This document shows, piece after piece, positions 13,201-25,143 of a stretch of DNA of 46,617 nt. The notes under the pieces are model-generated. The model searched no databases, had not been told where the DNA came from, and saw only the letters and a program-made list of their open reading frames with translations. Location: the NCBI RefSeq assembly GCF_964194025.1, contig NC_134479.1, positions 11,425,384 to 11,472,000 on the forward strand, given 5' to 3'. The DNA is from Convolutriloba macropyga. Taxonomy: Eukaryota. Within the stretch, counting starts at the first letter, position 1; each line of letters starts with the position of its first letter. A program made the translations under genes and the position numbers.

Positions 13201-15959
13201 TGATAAAAACATTAAGAAGACATAACGATTTGGATCTTTTCCGTTTGGGCTTATATATTGAATTACTAGAGGTTGAAAATTTAAGGAGAAATCGTTTTTT
13301 CGGCGTTTGTCTCCTGACGAAATCTTTTAGGATTGATTGTTGGCTCATTTCAAATCTTAGTAGGAGTTCCCGAATTGAATTCAGAAATTGATCTTTCCCA
13401 ATAAATTGATGTCTTTTTTTCTGCACAATTATACATTGGTTTATCAAGTACAATGTAGGTGTTTTTTTTAGAATAATCTGAGAGATTTCTGTCACTCGTA
13501 AATGAGCTTGATAACTGTATCCGAAGTTTTTTAAATCTGAAAGGTTGGATCAAGGATAGCTGAAATTGACAGTAAACACTTTTTATGTGATGAGTTTTTT
13601 CTATCAATAGCCAGAAAATTATGATAATATCTTGAAAAAAGCAAATCCTGCAAGAATTCTGAAGATTAGTGTAAAAATGTACAAATATCATAAAAGTGAT
13701 AATTTGTACTAGAGAGCAATTCCAAGTAAAGATGAAAAAAGAGACAAAGTTGAGAGAGACAAAACCAAATTACGTTTAGCTTTTTAGAAACATTTTCATT
13801 TAAAAACTAATCCAAACTTCCTAAATCCGAAATTTTGAACCAATTCTATCAAACATTTTTCTGTATATTTTGAGGTTTCCGTTCATTTTAAAACGATTAG
13901 AGCTATTTCATAGCAGATAAAATAATGACACATCAAATGCAAGAAAGTTCTTGTTTTTAATAAGAAAATGATCATTGGATACATTATTTTGCCTTGCAGT
14001 GTGATTTTTGCTTGATCATTCTTGGAACTCTTCCTTCAATCTCATTCTTAAATTTGTTATTTTTTGACAGATTTTGGTTTGTGATTTTCTTTCCGATAAA
14101 TTTTTCAGGTTACTTGAACAATGAAGGATTTGTATTACATTTTGGAGCGCCTTTTTGAGGCCTCAAAGAGTCTATGTAATAGAGAAAAGTTCTCGTTAAA
14201 ATACTCTGGAGAGAATTGAAGCTCTCCGAATATGTAATTCTTTGAAAGCCTGATTATAAATGAATACTTTTTTGATTTTTTAGGATAATTCCACTGAGAA
14301 ATTTACCACAGTAGAATTCATTTCCACTGATAGATGGAACGGATCAACCCGACAATACTGTATAAAAACATGCTTTTTAAAAGGAAAAACATCTGTATAT
14401 TACGCTTAAAAGTGGAAATCGGAGGCATTGTTTTGAAGGTCATTGTCGATAAAATCTAGTTCAGAACACCTGATTTTCCTCAATTGAACCCTGGGTGAGG
14501 TGGTGGAAATATGAACCGTGTGATCCAGACAAATGTTGGCCATGATCAGACGATCCAGACAAAAATTTGGCCATGATTTGAATTTTTGCGATTACTGCGA
14601 TTTAGTGCGAGATATTTCGAAAGACCGCGTTCAATTCTCGACTAGGCCGGACCAAGCGAAATTTGGCGCCCATGATTCGAAGGTGCGACTATTCAAAATT
14701 GTGCGACTATGTTCAGACAAAAATTGGTCAAAAAAGGTCCCTAGTTATGAGCGGATTCAAATCTTGCAAGAATCTTGCAAGATGATTCAAAACTTGCAAG
14801 ATTCTTGCAAGAATTTTACAAGGTACCAATCAAGGCAAAAAATAAATCAGGGAAAAATGTTTTGGAAAACATCTTTTAAGTATACCACTTTTCTAAAAAA
14901 TTTTGTTAGATCGGATTGCATATAAAGCATATTAGACTTTTGATTGTCTTTGGGTAAGTTCGCTTTTCACAGAAGCTCTCGTGTGGTCTCTACCTCTGGC
15001 ATTGCGAAGCAGCTGCTTGTCTCCTGTATTCTTTGCTTCATTTTCATTCAAATTTAAATTTTTTAGAGATAATTTAAAACTGCGTCATTCGAAGTAAATT
15101 TTTATATAACTTTGACATCACTGCAATGTATATAATTTTAAAGACAAAAAGGCACTATAGCTCATTAGAGCTGCGACATTTAAATTTAATTGTAACATTC
15201 AGGGATTTTATCTCTCTTGGAGACGAAACGGTTTTCAGACGCTTCACTATTCAGGTTCTCTGGTGTTGTCCCAATTAAAACCAGGTTCTCAGAGTGTTTC
15301 TTCATTTCAAACTGCGTTCGGTTCAGTCAGCCGCTGACAGTTAGGCTGAGTTCAGCTTGTATTTCAGCTGCATATGTTGAAGCTTTTATTTTACTGGATT
15401 TGAAAAATTTTGTAACCTTTGTTGCTTCTTTATCTCTTCGGCTGCTCAGAAAACCATAAAAACTAATCAGTAATGTTCTTTCCTTTCCTGATTGTTCACA
15501 CTTTTATATCACTCCACATTTGCAACCAATGGTTTTCTCCCAATTGTAGATGATGCGAAACTTACAATCGTTCATTTTATCAAAAAACCACTCTTAATAC
15601 AGTTTAGAATCTTTGCTGTCGCAGAGTTTTACCTCGTTCTCTGAATTATTTTGAGTATCAGGTTGTACCAAGATTAAATGTGATAGTTGAAGTTGTGATC
15701 AATCTGTACCAAATATATATTTTTTAATTCTTCTTGGCTGACAATTTCCTGAACAGATTTAAAATTTCTTATGTCATTCTTGTAAGTGTTTTTACCAGCA
15801 AGCAAATAAAACTAATTGTGCTTTTAAAAATATTATTGACGCATTTATGGTTATCCAAGGAAACCTAACGTTTCTGCAATTAGATTCAGTCAAAGTTTAA
15901 TTAGTTTGTTTCTTCATTCATTGCACAAATATGATAATCTCCATGTACATATGTTTCCG

Positions 15960-17500
15960 TAGTCAATTTGTTTTCATCAAAGTGTCTCAAGTACACTATT
16001 GTCAGCCGTTTTTTGAAGTCACAGTGTTGGTGCCAACTACTTTAAAATAGTCAGCGCAACCGTAACAGCTGCTCATTTTTTCTGGGAGATAGTTGATAAA
16101 CAGATTGAAACTAGAGGTCCAAGGACGCTTCCTTATGGCGCTCCAATCAATATTCGTACTGCGGTTGATTCGGTGGAGCCTAATTGGACCTTCTGGTAGC
16201 TTTCTGTGAGGTAGCTCTTTAACAGTTATTGCTCCAGCAGCTATGCCCATAGCACGTAGTTTCTCAATAAGCTTTTCATGGCACACCTTGTCAAAGGTTT
16301 TCTCCAAATCCAAGTACTTTGTTGCCAGCTTGGTCAGATCATGATTTCCGATTAATTCACTGAGATACAAAATCGTTTGTGTAATCGTGGGCTTAAATTT
16401 TGTGAACCCGTGTTTTTGTGCCGCAATAATTTTATCTAAAAAGTTGTGCAGTTTGACAAATATTAGATTTTCAAGTAGTTTTGGGATGAAGTTCAGCAGG
16501 GTTATCAGTCTATAGTTTGCTATATACTGCCTGCCTTCATCTTTGAGCAGAGAAAGAAATGACTCAGTTTTTCAGCACATAGGAATTTTGTGTTCATTTC
16601 CAAGAGTGCCAAAAGTTAGTTCAAGAAATTTACTCATGCTGTTGCCAGTCTTTTCAAAGGGAGATTTCGCAGTCCATCTGTCTCATTGCCTTCCCAACGT
16701 TTGCTGTCTCTTTTTTCGTTTCTTGAGAATTGATTACTGTCAGTTGTGACCAGTTTCATTTCGTCCATTTTTCTTTGATATTCGGATTTCATAAAAAGTG
16801 ACTGGAAAAAGTTGTTGTGAACAGATCAGCTTTCTCCTCATCTGTTGTCGCTTTCCTGTGTTCGAGATACTTTTCTGATGGCAGCTGAGTCATCTGTGCA
16901 TTCTACTGCGGTATTAATTTTTTTGTACCTCAGAGAAAGTTCCTGCTTGGAAGATTTTTTTTTCAAACTCATCTCGGACACTCTGAAGTTGGAAGCCCAG
17001 GTTGTGGCTTCTTTCGTTTCGCTTCTCCCTTTTGGAACGTGCCCGATTACTACTCATCTGTCGTCGAAAGGTATTCATCCGTTTGATCAGGTTTGAAGTC
17101 TCACTTTAGACCCATGAGGCCAGTGACTGCTGGGTATCGTTTTCAATTGTTTGGAATATGGAATATTTGTCTGGAAAACTTCATAAAGCCATTTATTCCA
17201 CACTTTAACCGTCAGGTTGACATTGCTGAAGCTGTATGGTTGGAATGGATTTCCATCTATGTGTTTCTCGAAGTCTTTCCAGTCCTCTTTGGTACACGAG
17301 GAAATCGAGAAGTCTCATTCCCCTTGTTTGGTTTTATTTTGAGTTGTGTACTATGTGCCACTGGTCAACTTCACCTGGTATGGAGTGTGGTCGGGTTAGA
17401 AGAGCTGTTTCATTCGGTTGTCTATGGTGTTATTCGCAATTGGATCCAAATTTTTTGTCAGTTTAACATCCTGTTGTTTTTCTTCTTAAAATTAGTTGTT
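15960..17500 (-). pseudogene. Decayed LINE ORF2 (reverse transcriptase, CR1/L2-like)
   Basis: Minus-strand motifs in order: NYRLITLL, QKHGF, YLDLEKTFDKVCHEKLIEKL, GAP*GSVLGPL (GVPQGSVLGPL), LFINYLP and CADYFK (degenerate YADD). Boundaries are approximate. Confidence 0.85.
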
Positions 17501-19454
17501 TGAATCCGGCGTTGAAGAAATATTCTACAATAACTGCTTCGTTAAGCACCGAAGATTCCTTTTCATTCCAACGGTTGGACATAAAACTTATAAAGCTATT
17601 TACAGAAAACTTTTTTCTGCAAATAGCTTTATTCAAGTTGATTTTGTCTGATTATTTTGAAAACGTTTGTTTTTTTTATTGAGCATATCGACTTTAACTT
17701 TCAATATAACCAAAGGTGAAACAATTACATGCTGATTCGTAATTTAAATTTAAATTACTTAGTATCACTGAAGTTTATAAGACTTTTTCGTAGTTCATGT
17801 TAAGCTAACTTTTTGAACGTAGAAGTCAGACGTAAATGGTCGCAGCCGTATTATGATTTTGTTTACGCAAAGTGAGGTATTTCGTTGTTCCAGTCCACTC
17901 TAGTTGGAAGGGGCAAGTACTTTGTAAAAGTTGCTGATGTTCGCAGTGTTTGTAAGCAATTTTTCATTTGTTTTTCAGTGGGATCTTTTTCAGTAAAGTC
18001 CTTCTTCCAAGTCCAATTTGACGAAATTTTGAAACGAAGATCATGGAGAGTGCTGACTTCTCGTAATAGGTGCTTATCTATAAACGTGTTGATATTTTTG
18101 TGTTCATGTTGAAGTTGTGTTTTGCGATAGTTTAAGACTATTTATACTTTTTATCTCAATAGTTTCTCAATGTAGCTTTCACGTGCGATTTGTTTGGGCG
18201 CATTGACTTGAGTTTGGGATCATTAACAAAATGACTACTTCTAACGAAATTTTTGGTCTATATTTATAGATAGAATGCCTAAAGATAAAGCGAACTCATT
18301 TAAAACGCTTGGTATAAGCTATGAATTTTTAAAAGGGCTGAAGGCTCACAGTTTCAACGAAGCGACGCTAATGCAACATAAAACTTTACCACCTGCACTT
18401 GCTGGGAATTATATGCTGGGCGCCGCACAAACAGGCAGCGGAAAAATGCTGGTTTTGTGATTCCTACGCTGGAGATTCTTAAAGCCGAAACGTATTTACC
18501 AAAACGTGGATTAAGTAACTCAGTCTTTTATTTTTAACTGTTTAATTAGTGTGTAAACAAACGTTTGATTTTACGTTATATGAACTGTTTTTTTTTCGCA
18601 TTTTCTCAAGATTTTGAAAAACCTCAGCATCATTAGACCGTAGTTTTATTGATTCAAACTCTATCCGGGGATTTACTGATCCGTCGGGTGGTCTAGGTTT
18701 GAAATCAATTACGAGTCAGTTGGCTGTTTTTCGAAAGCTATTAATTGAATATTAAAACATAATGAGGAGTAGATTGGAGGCCAGTACAAAATCAAATATT
18801 CAAATATGTATATACGGGTCTTTCCCATTAAATTCAACCCCCCCTCACCCCTTCCGCATAGTGGTTCTATAACGTATAAGGCGGGGAAGGCGTTGGCTTG
18901 TTATAGATCAGATAGGCCGTTTAGATTTCAAATATTGGGTTAAGTTCTTTTTAGCCTTCACCGTTCTTAGTAGTTAATTACTACCTGGAAATCAGCGGTT
19001 CCGCTGTTATAAAATTAGCTGGGCTGCTTTAATCTTCGTTATTCTAAAAGACGAGTAACTAAAGACGTTGCTGTGCTTGTTAATAATCTCCTTGTGACTA
19101 TTAAGACACATTTTATGGTCCCATTTTACGATCTTGGTGATTCATGGTGATTTAAGATTACATTTATATCATCGGATGTTTTGTTTGCATGGTACTAGCT
19201 CACAAAAGTTTTTCTGTATTGACTAAAGTTTAGCTGAAGATTCACTGGCGTGAGCTTTATAATGTGAATCTGCATGGTATACTTGGAGACACGATAGTGC
19301 TGAACTATGACTGCGAAATCTAGGTCAGTTTCTAAGCTAACAAAGAAAAGCAACAAAGACTATTGATAGGGTGTTATTTCAGTGCTTCACATGGTTTAAA
19401 CTCTACAATCAAAACGACATCCTCAAACAGTTGAGAGTCTGGCTACCAGACAAT

Positions 19455-19954
19455 CCGTGTTGAAGAATTTTGTTTTTCACTTGTAAGAAATCGTCGTTTT
19501 TTAATCGTTTTCATTAGACAAAAACGATCAAAGACCTTGCGTGGCAATCGTCGTTTTGATCGTTATTCCCTCGCTATTGTATAAAATGATTGTTTTTTCA
19601 AAAAACGACGAAAAAACGTGCCCCCGCTGGAATTCGAACCATTGACCTCCCGAAACCTTACCTGCTACACAGCCCACTGCGCTATCAGGCCAGTATACAT
19701 ATATGCCAAAACGATCTAACAGAGAAAAACTAGTTCGACGAAAAAACGATCAAAAAACGACGATTTCTTTTGAAAAAAAACGACAGAAAACGACAAAGAA
19801 ACGATCATTTCCTACCCTTAAAAGACGACTTAAACAACGGAAACTAATGCAAACGAAGAAAACTACGACAAAACGACGAAAACGACAACAAAACGACGAA
19901 AACTACGATTTTTTACAAAATATTGTCGTTTTTCGTCGTTGTCCTCAACACGGG
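19455..19954. mobile_element. MITE-like element rich in AAACGA(C/T)/TCGTTT repeats, in the DDX10 intron
   Basis: Terminal inverted match CCGTGTTGAAGA (19455) with TCCTCAACACGG (~19942-19953). A second inverted match is TTGTAAGAAATCGTCGTTTT (19481) with AAAACTACGATTTTTTACAA (~19899-19918). Confidence 0.6.
19619..19691 (-). other. tRNA-derived sequence (pseudo-tRNA or SINE-head-like) with Pol III A and B boxes
   Basis: Minus strand reads GGCCTGATAGCGCAGTGG...GAGGTCAATGGTTCGAATTCCAGCGGGGGCA, with A box TAGCGCAGTGG and B box GGTTCGAATTCC at tRNA spacing. The stems pair poorly, so this is not called a functional tRNA. Confidence 0.65.
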
Positions 19955-22900
19955 AAGTGAGAGGAGCGAGGAACGCATCGTTAGGAATGCCCTGGCCAGC
20001 AAGTCATTTCCCTCTCAACCCTCAAATGGAAGCAGATAAACGAGGTCGTCTAGTCTGTGCAACGGACCCTCGACCCAAAATGTGGCCATAGCTCAGAATG
20101 GTGGCGAGAGGAATTCCGGGAGCAATATACCGAGTTCCGCTGATGCAAGGTGATCTAGTTTTTTATTGTTTAAAAGGTTTTGTTAATAGCCGCCTCAGCT
20201 TTTCAGCGCTCCTATTTTTTTACGACTCGAAGACTCGTATTAGATTCCTTGAGGTCTTTAATAGCCACCACAGCTTCTCAGCCGGCTATTGTAGCGAACC
20301 TATTTTTTTACAATTCAAAGATGTAGTTGTTGATAGTTCATATACTCAACGCCTCTTTTTACCTCAATGTAATTTCGTTTTATAAAATTGTACATATGCT
20401 AATCCGATTTTGTTTTTCCAATTCTCAGTTTCTTTGTTTGTATTGTTTTTGTGCAACATGAGAGACTTCAAAAAATGCAATCATTTTTTGGCATTAAGTT
20501 TTTAAAAACAGATTTTTTTCATAAATGCAGTCGCAACATGTTATTGAACATTCGTTTCGCAAAATGTTTCAATGTTGCGTATGTTTAAACTCTGCTTTTT
20601 TTGTTCTGTTCAGTAGGACGAATCTTTGTCTCGGATGACTCGTTGTCTTTTCTATGCCTCGAATGCTGAACAATAAAAAGTATTCTTTTTTCATGATTGT
20701 TTTAAATTTGAGTTTTAACTTTCAAAAATCAAGAATTAGTCTTTTTGTTACGGTCTTCCCTACATTGTGCCCATACTCTTCACAATATAGTATGTATCAT
20801 TCTAGTTTTTTCCTAGTATCTATATTTTTATTGGTTATATCAATTTCTTCAGAAAAGTTTTGAATGATTTCAAATGAATTTTTCCTTTGATTATTATTCT
20901 GTTGCTTATGTCTTTTCTATGATTAATTTATTTTTTTGAATTAGTATGAAATCAAGTTGTCTAGAATATATACATCAAGGAAGAACTATGTGTTGTTTTT
21001 GTCTTAATAGCAGTCATTAGTAATCTAATTGTAGTGGTTTTCTGATTCTTAACTTTGAGCTTTTGTCTAAAAAAGCTTAATTTAATTGGGATTATTGTCT
21101 GCCGTTTCGCGATCAAGGGATAAGACGTTATTTTTTGTCCATTTGCGTGATGAAGTTTTCGGTCACACATGACTTACCTCACTCTCCAAAGTGACTTCTT
21201 CACTTTTTTTTGCTTTTCTTCGCATAGGGATAAGGTCAAGCGATTTTGTGTCACTCTAAATGAATGGCTATTAGAGAGCACCTAATAGAGGCAGTAATAA
21301 CTTATACAAATTTGAATACGTGTTCACTGATTTGACTGTAGATCCCACAATGGAATAGTGGTAACAATATGCTGACAAAAGGCCTATACAAAGCAATCGC
21401 AGCTGTTTGTTGCAATCTTGGGAAATTATTAGTCTCAAGATTTGACAGAAAAAAATTACAGAAGTTAATGTTAAGTTAGTCAAGTTTGATATTCTCTGAG
21501 CTCGTCCTAACTGAGGGTGTTTTATGTGCACTCGTTTTAACACCGACCCGGGAGCATGCATATCAAGTCTTTGAACTTCCGCGAACTGTTGGGTCTAGTC
21601 ATGACCTCTCTGCAGCGCTAGTTATTGGAGAAAAAGACCTCAAATTCAAAAGAACTCGACTTGCTGAAATCAATATTATATTTTGTACACTTGGAAGGTT
21701 ATTACAGCACATGGATGAAAATGCTCAATTCGATTGTTCAAATTTGAAAATGTTGACAATTGACGGAGCTGATAAAAATTTGGGGGAGAAATGGGGTTCA
21801 GAGATACAGTTGATGCAATAATTGCAAATTTGCCTCCTGAAATCCGGACGTTACTGTTTTCAGCTACTCAAACCCAGAAAGTTGAAGATTTATGTCAGCT
21901 GGCTTTAAAAGATCCAGAGTACGTTTTCGCACTTGAGAGTTTGCCTTCTGCAACGCCCGGCGCTCTCAAAGCAAGTTTATTCAGTTTTCGAACTTGGAAG
22001 TAAATTGTACATTCTTTTCAACGTCATCAAAAGCAGTCTCAGATCAAAGATTTTGGTGTTTTTATCAACTTGTCAGCAAATTAAATTTGTCCACGAGAGT
22101 TTTTGTAAGTTGCACACTGCATGAACGAATGCACCAGTGGAAGCGGATGGCAGTCTATGACTAATTTTGTTCAAAGCATTTTGTGTTCATATTTGCAGCC
22201 GACATTGCCTCTCGTACAGCTATGATGTGTATTTTCTAGATTAAAGCAGTTGACTTTTTGTTTTGCTCAATTTCTCTATGAAGTTTCTTTGGAAATCTAG
22301 ACTGCTTTTTATACTAATTTATTAACCATTTAATTTCTCATCAACTGTTTTTATCAATGAAATTTTTCATTTCCTGTCTGTTCCGACCCGCTTTAGTGGG
22401 GAAAGAACAATATACTCAAATGGTTTTTTTGGTTAAGACAATTTTGGCCGATCGATATAATCATGGTAGAGATTTGTGAGTCGTATCATTAGGAAGCCCG
22501 TCCAGCGTAGAGCATGAATTAATTTTTTTTTCAATTTTCGCTTTTTATAGGGAGTTATCGAGATTTGTCAAGTTATCGAGATTCATCAAGTTTTGTGAAT
22601 ATTAGACGTAATTCAGCTATTTTTATTCATATTTTCGGTATTCTTCACCAAATTGCCGTCAATTTTGCTCAAACATGTTCAATTTGTTAACTGCAGATTT
22701 ATTCATTTTATCTCTAAAGATAGAGGAGGGTTGCTGAATTGTTCGATCCAATTTTTTTGAATTCAAATTTGCTTTCTTTTAACCCACTTGGTTTCAACCA
22801 TATTCTTCTTCAGCTCAAAAAAGAGCTAGTTATACTCCCGCTCGCTTCAAGAGTCTTCTGGAGTTATAATTTGTCAATTTTGTTATTATACAAATTGCAT

Positions 22901-24846
22901 TATGTATTTGACAAAATGAAAAGTTTTTTTATTAAGAAAATTGATCTATTTTGCAAGCATATGAGCAGTTGAGTGTTTTGTTAGACGTGCAGCATTATCT
23001 GGAATGATCTTGACCTCCCATGGTTCCTTAAGATAAATTTTTTTTAGATTTGAATGGGGCGCGTGCTTTTTTTTTAAAAAATATTTCCGCTTTGTAAACG
23101 TTTATTATGTAAATTAATATCAATGATTTATTTAAATACAGAAGCTATTTTCATTAAAGGAGGCCCAACAAGATTATGTATTGGTTTGAGAGTCAAACTC
23201 ACCGTTTTTATGACTCTGACCAATTGTTTTCGTATTTTTATGGACTTCTCGAGTTTTGCTTCCATTTGTTTTCTTTTCGTAGCGCAATAGCTTCGTGTCC
23301 CCAATCAAAGATCCAGTTAGCTTTTTAGGAGACATAATTTCACCTAGACAATTCTTTCATTTGTCATCTAATGTCTGTCATGACTTTTGAATATATTTGT
23401 TTTAAGAAATTATTAGTGACTTTTTTGAACTTGGCCAAAATTTTATTTCATTTCTCTCAACTTCGGGCGCAGTCTCGGTAAAAGCAGGCGGAAACCAATG
23501 TGCTCTGAGTTAGAAATCAATGTAAATAACAGTTTTAGTTTCAACTAATGGTTTCTTTGTTTTTTATACTACGCGTTTTCATTTTTTTTTTAAAATTTTT
23601 GAGCAGAATTGCATATTTTATTAGTTCATTTTGTTTCCTTGTCGAATTATCACATTTTTGACAAGTGCAATTGACAAATCAAAAGAAAGCATAATAAGAA
23701 AAATGCACAGCGTTGGAAAAAAGGCTAATCTGGATATAGTAATTGTTTTTATTGAATAGTTTATGTTTTTTGGGCTGAGACACAATTATCTCGCAGAATT
23801 TTTTGTTCTTTTTTTTGCCTATGTTTCCCTTTCTTTTTGTTGCTGTACGCCATATACCTGTTTGCGGCAATTTTCAATTGCTTCCCCAAGACCTATAAAT
23901 CAACCTATCTAAAGGTTTCCATAGTTTAAAGCTGTTTGTTTTAATGACTTTCAAATTAAATTAAAAATAATGGATTTTTTTTTAACTGTCTCCTTTTTGC
24001 TCTCATATTTCTTCACCATGTAATGCCATCTCACTAATTTGAAGTCTCATGTAGTTTTGTTTATTCAAACTTTTTTTCGAGCTTGTTTATAGGTTGTAAC
24101 TGATTGCGTTGGCAATTTTTTTTCATAAAAAGTTCTCGCGTAAAAAGTTCTATGTATGACATTAATAACTGTGAAATCAAATATTTTAAAAAAAAAACGT
24201 ATTTTTGAACTTCGAACCTCTTTGGTCTTTTTTGTCGACCTTCTAACCAGTCGCATTGTGGAAAGGTCCCATATCTTTGCTAATGAACTATAGGTTAAAT
24301 TATTTTGTTTAGATTTTAGCTGATGAGTTCGATGTTGTTGAATTTTTATAGTGCTGATTAGTTTGATGTTTGAATTCAAATTATAGGCATCGAATTTGGT
24401 TTTTAATAATGGTGTTTAGTTGATGTTTAGTACTGTCGGTTCTAGAATTCCTATTATCAACAACTTTTTATCGGCCCTCTTGCGTGGCATTATTGTATTC
24501 CATTGCGTGTATATCGAACGAAATATATGTTTTGAAGTATTCTATCTCATCATTTGGTGGCCAATTAACTCAAGAACGTGGATGAACGGGGCGGGGCTAA
24601 AACATTTTGTGCGTACGCATTTAACCGAGCCTCTTTGTAATAATTTAATGTCAAACGGAGAAATTTAGACATCTTGAGTTACACTCGAAAAAGGCTTTAA
24701 ATGCAATCAATCACTGTTACTGCATAAATCCCTCATAACAGCTCTATTTTCCCGTTTTAATAGCCCCGATATGTTTTCCTGGAATTCCTTTTAAAGACAC
24801 TGTATTATCTTCTAGGTTGATCGCCCTGAAGAGGTGAAAACATACA

Positions 24847-24929
24847 AGTAGTAAATAATAAGAGCGTTAAGAGCGGGGGGTATTCATGCGATACTAAACA
24901 TGGGAATTTAGGGAGTGATCATGAGTGGG
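24847..24929 (+). repeat. Left terminal inverted repeat of the Maverick
   Basis: AGTAGTAAATAATAAGAGCGTTAAGAGC(G6)TATTCATGCGATACTAAACATGGGAATTTAGGGAGTGATCATGAGTGGG matches the reverse complement of 41913-42001, except for G-run length (6 vs 12) and one substitution. Confidence 0.95.
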
Positions 24930-25143
24930 AATTAGGTTAGGAGGGATTGAATGGTTTGTACATGTAAAACCTTTCCTTTCCACTTTATTCCAATCTTTCT
25001 TTCTCGCCGCTTTCTCAGTAGTCTTAGCGCTTTCAAAACACTCAATCAATTTAAATTAAAACCAAATACTTAACTCCATGCAAAATCAAGACCTGTACAG
25101 TTTTGCGTGCGCTTTTCTGCGCTATTAAATTTAATTACACTGT

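Noticed and set aside
13160-14480. Possible decayed transposase on the minus strand
   Set aside because: Coding-like stretches are present but I could not identify any diagnostic motif.
16543-18112. Plus-strand ORFs of 60-136 aa
   Set aside because: Mostly antisense shadows of the minus-strand LINE remnant, with no independent motif support.
19619-19691. Functional tRNA gene
   Set aside because: Acceptor, anticodon and T stems pair poorly and no credible anticodon loop is present.
19703-19960. 85-aa Lys/Arg-rich ORF
   Set aside because: It is the translation of AAACGA-type repeats of the MITE-like element.
23160-24500. Possible retroelement remnants in the DDX10 intron
   Set aside because: No RT, endonuclease or terminal structure could be identified by eye.
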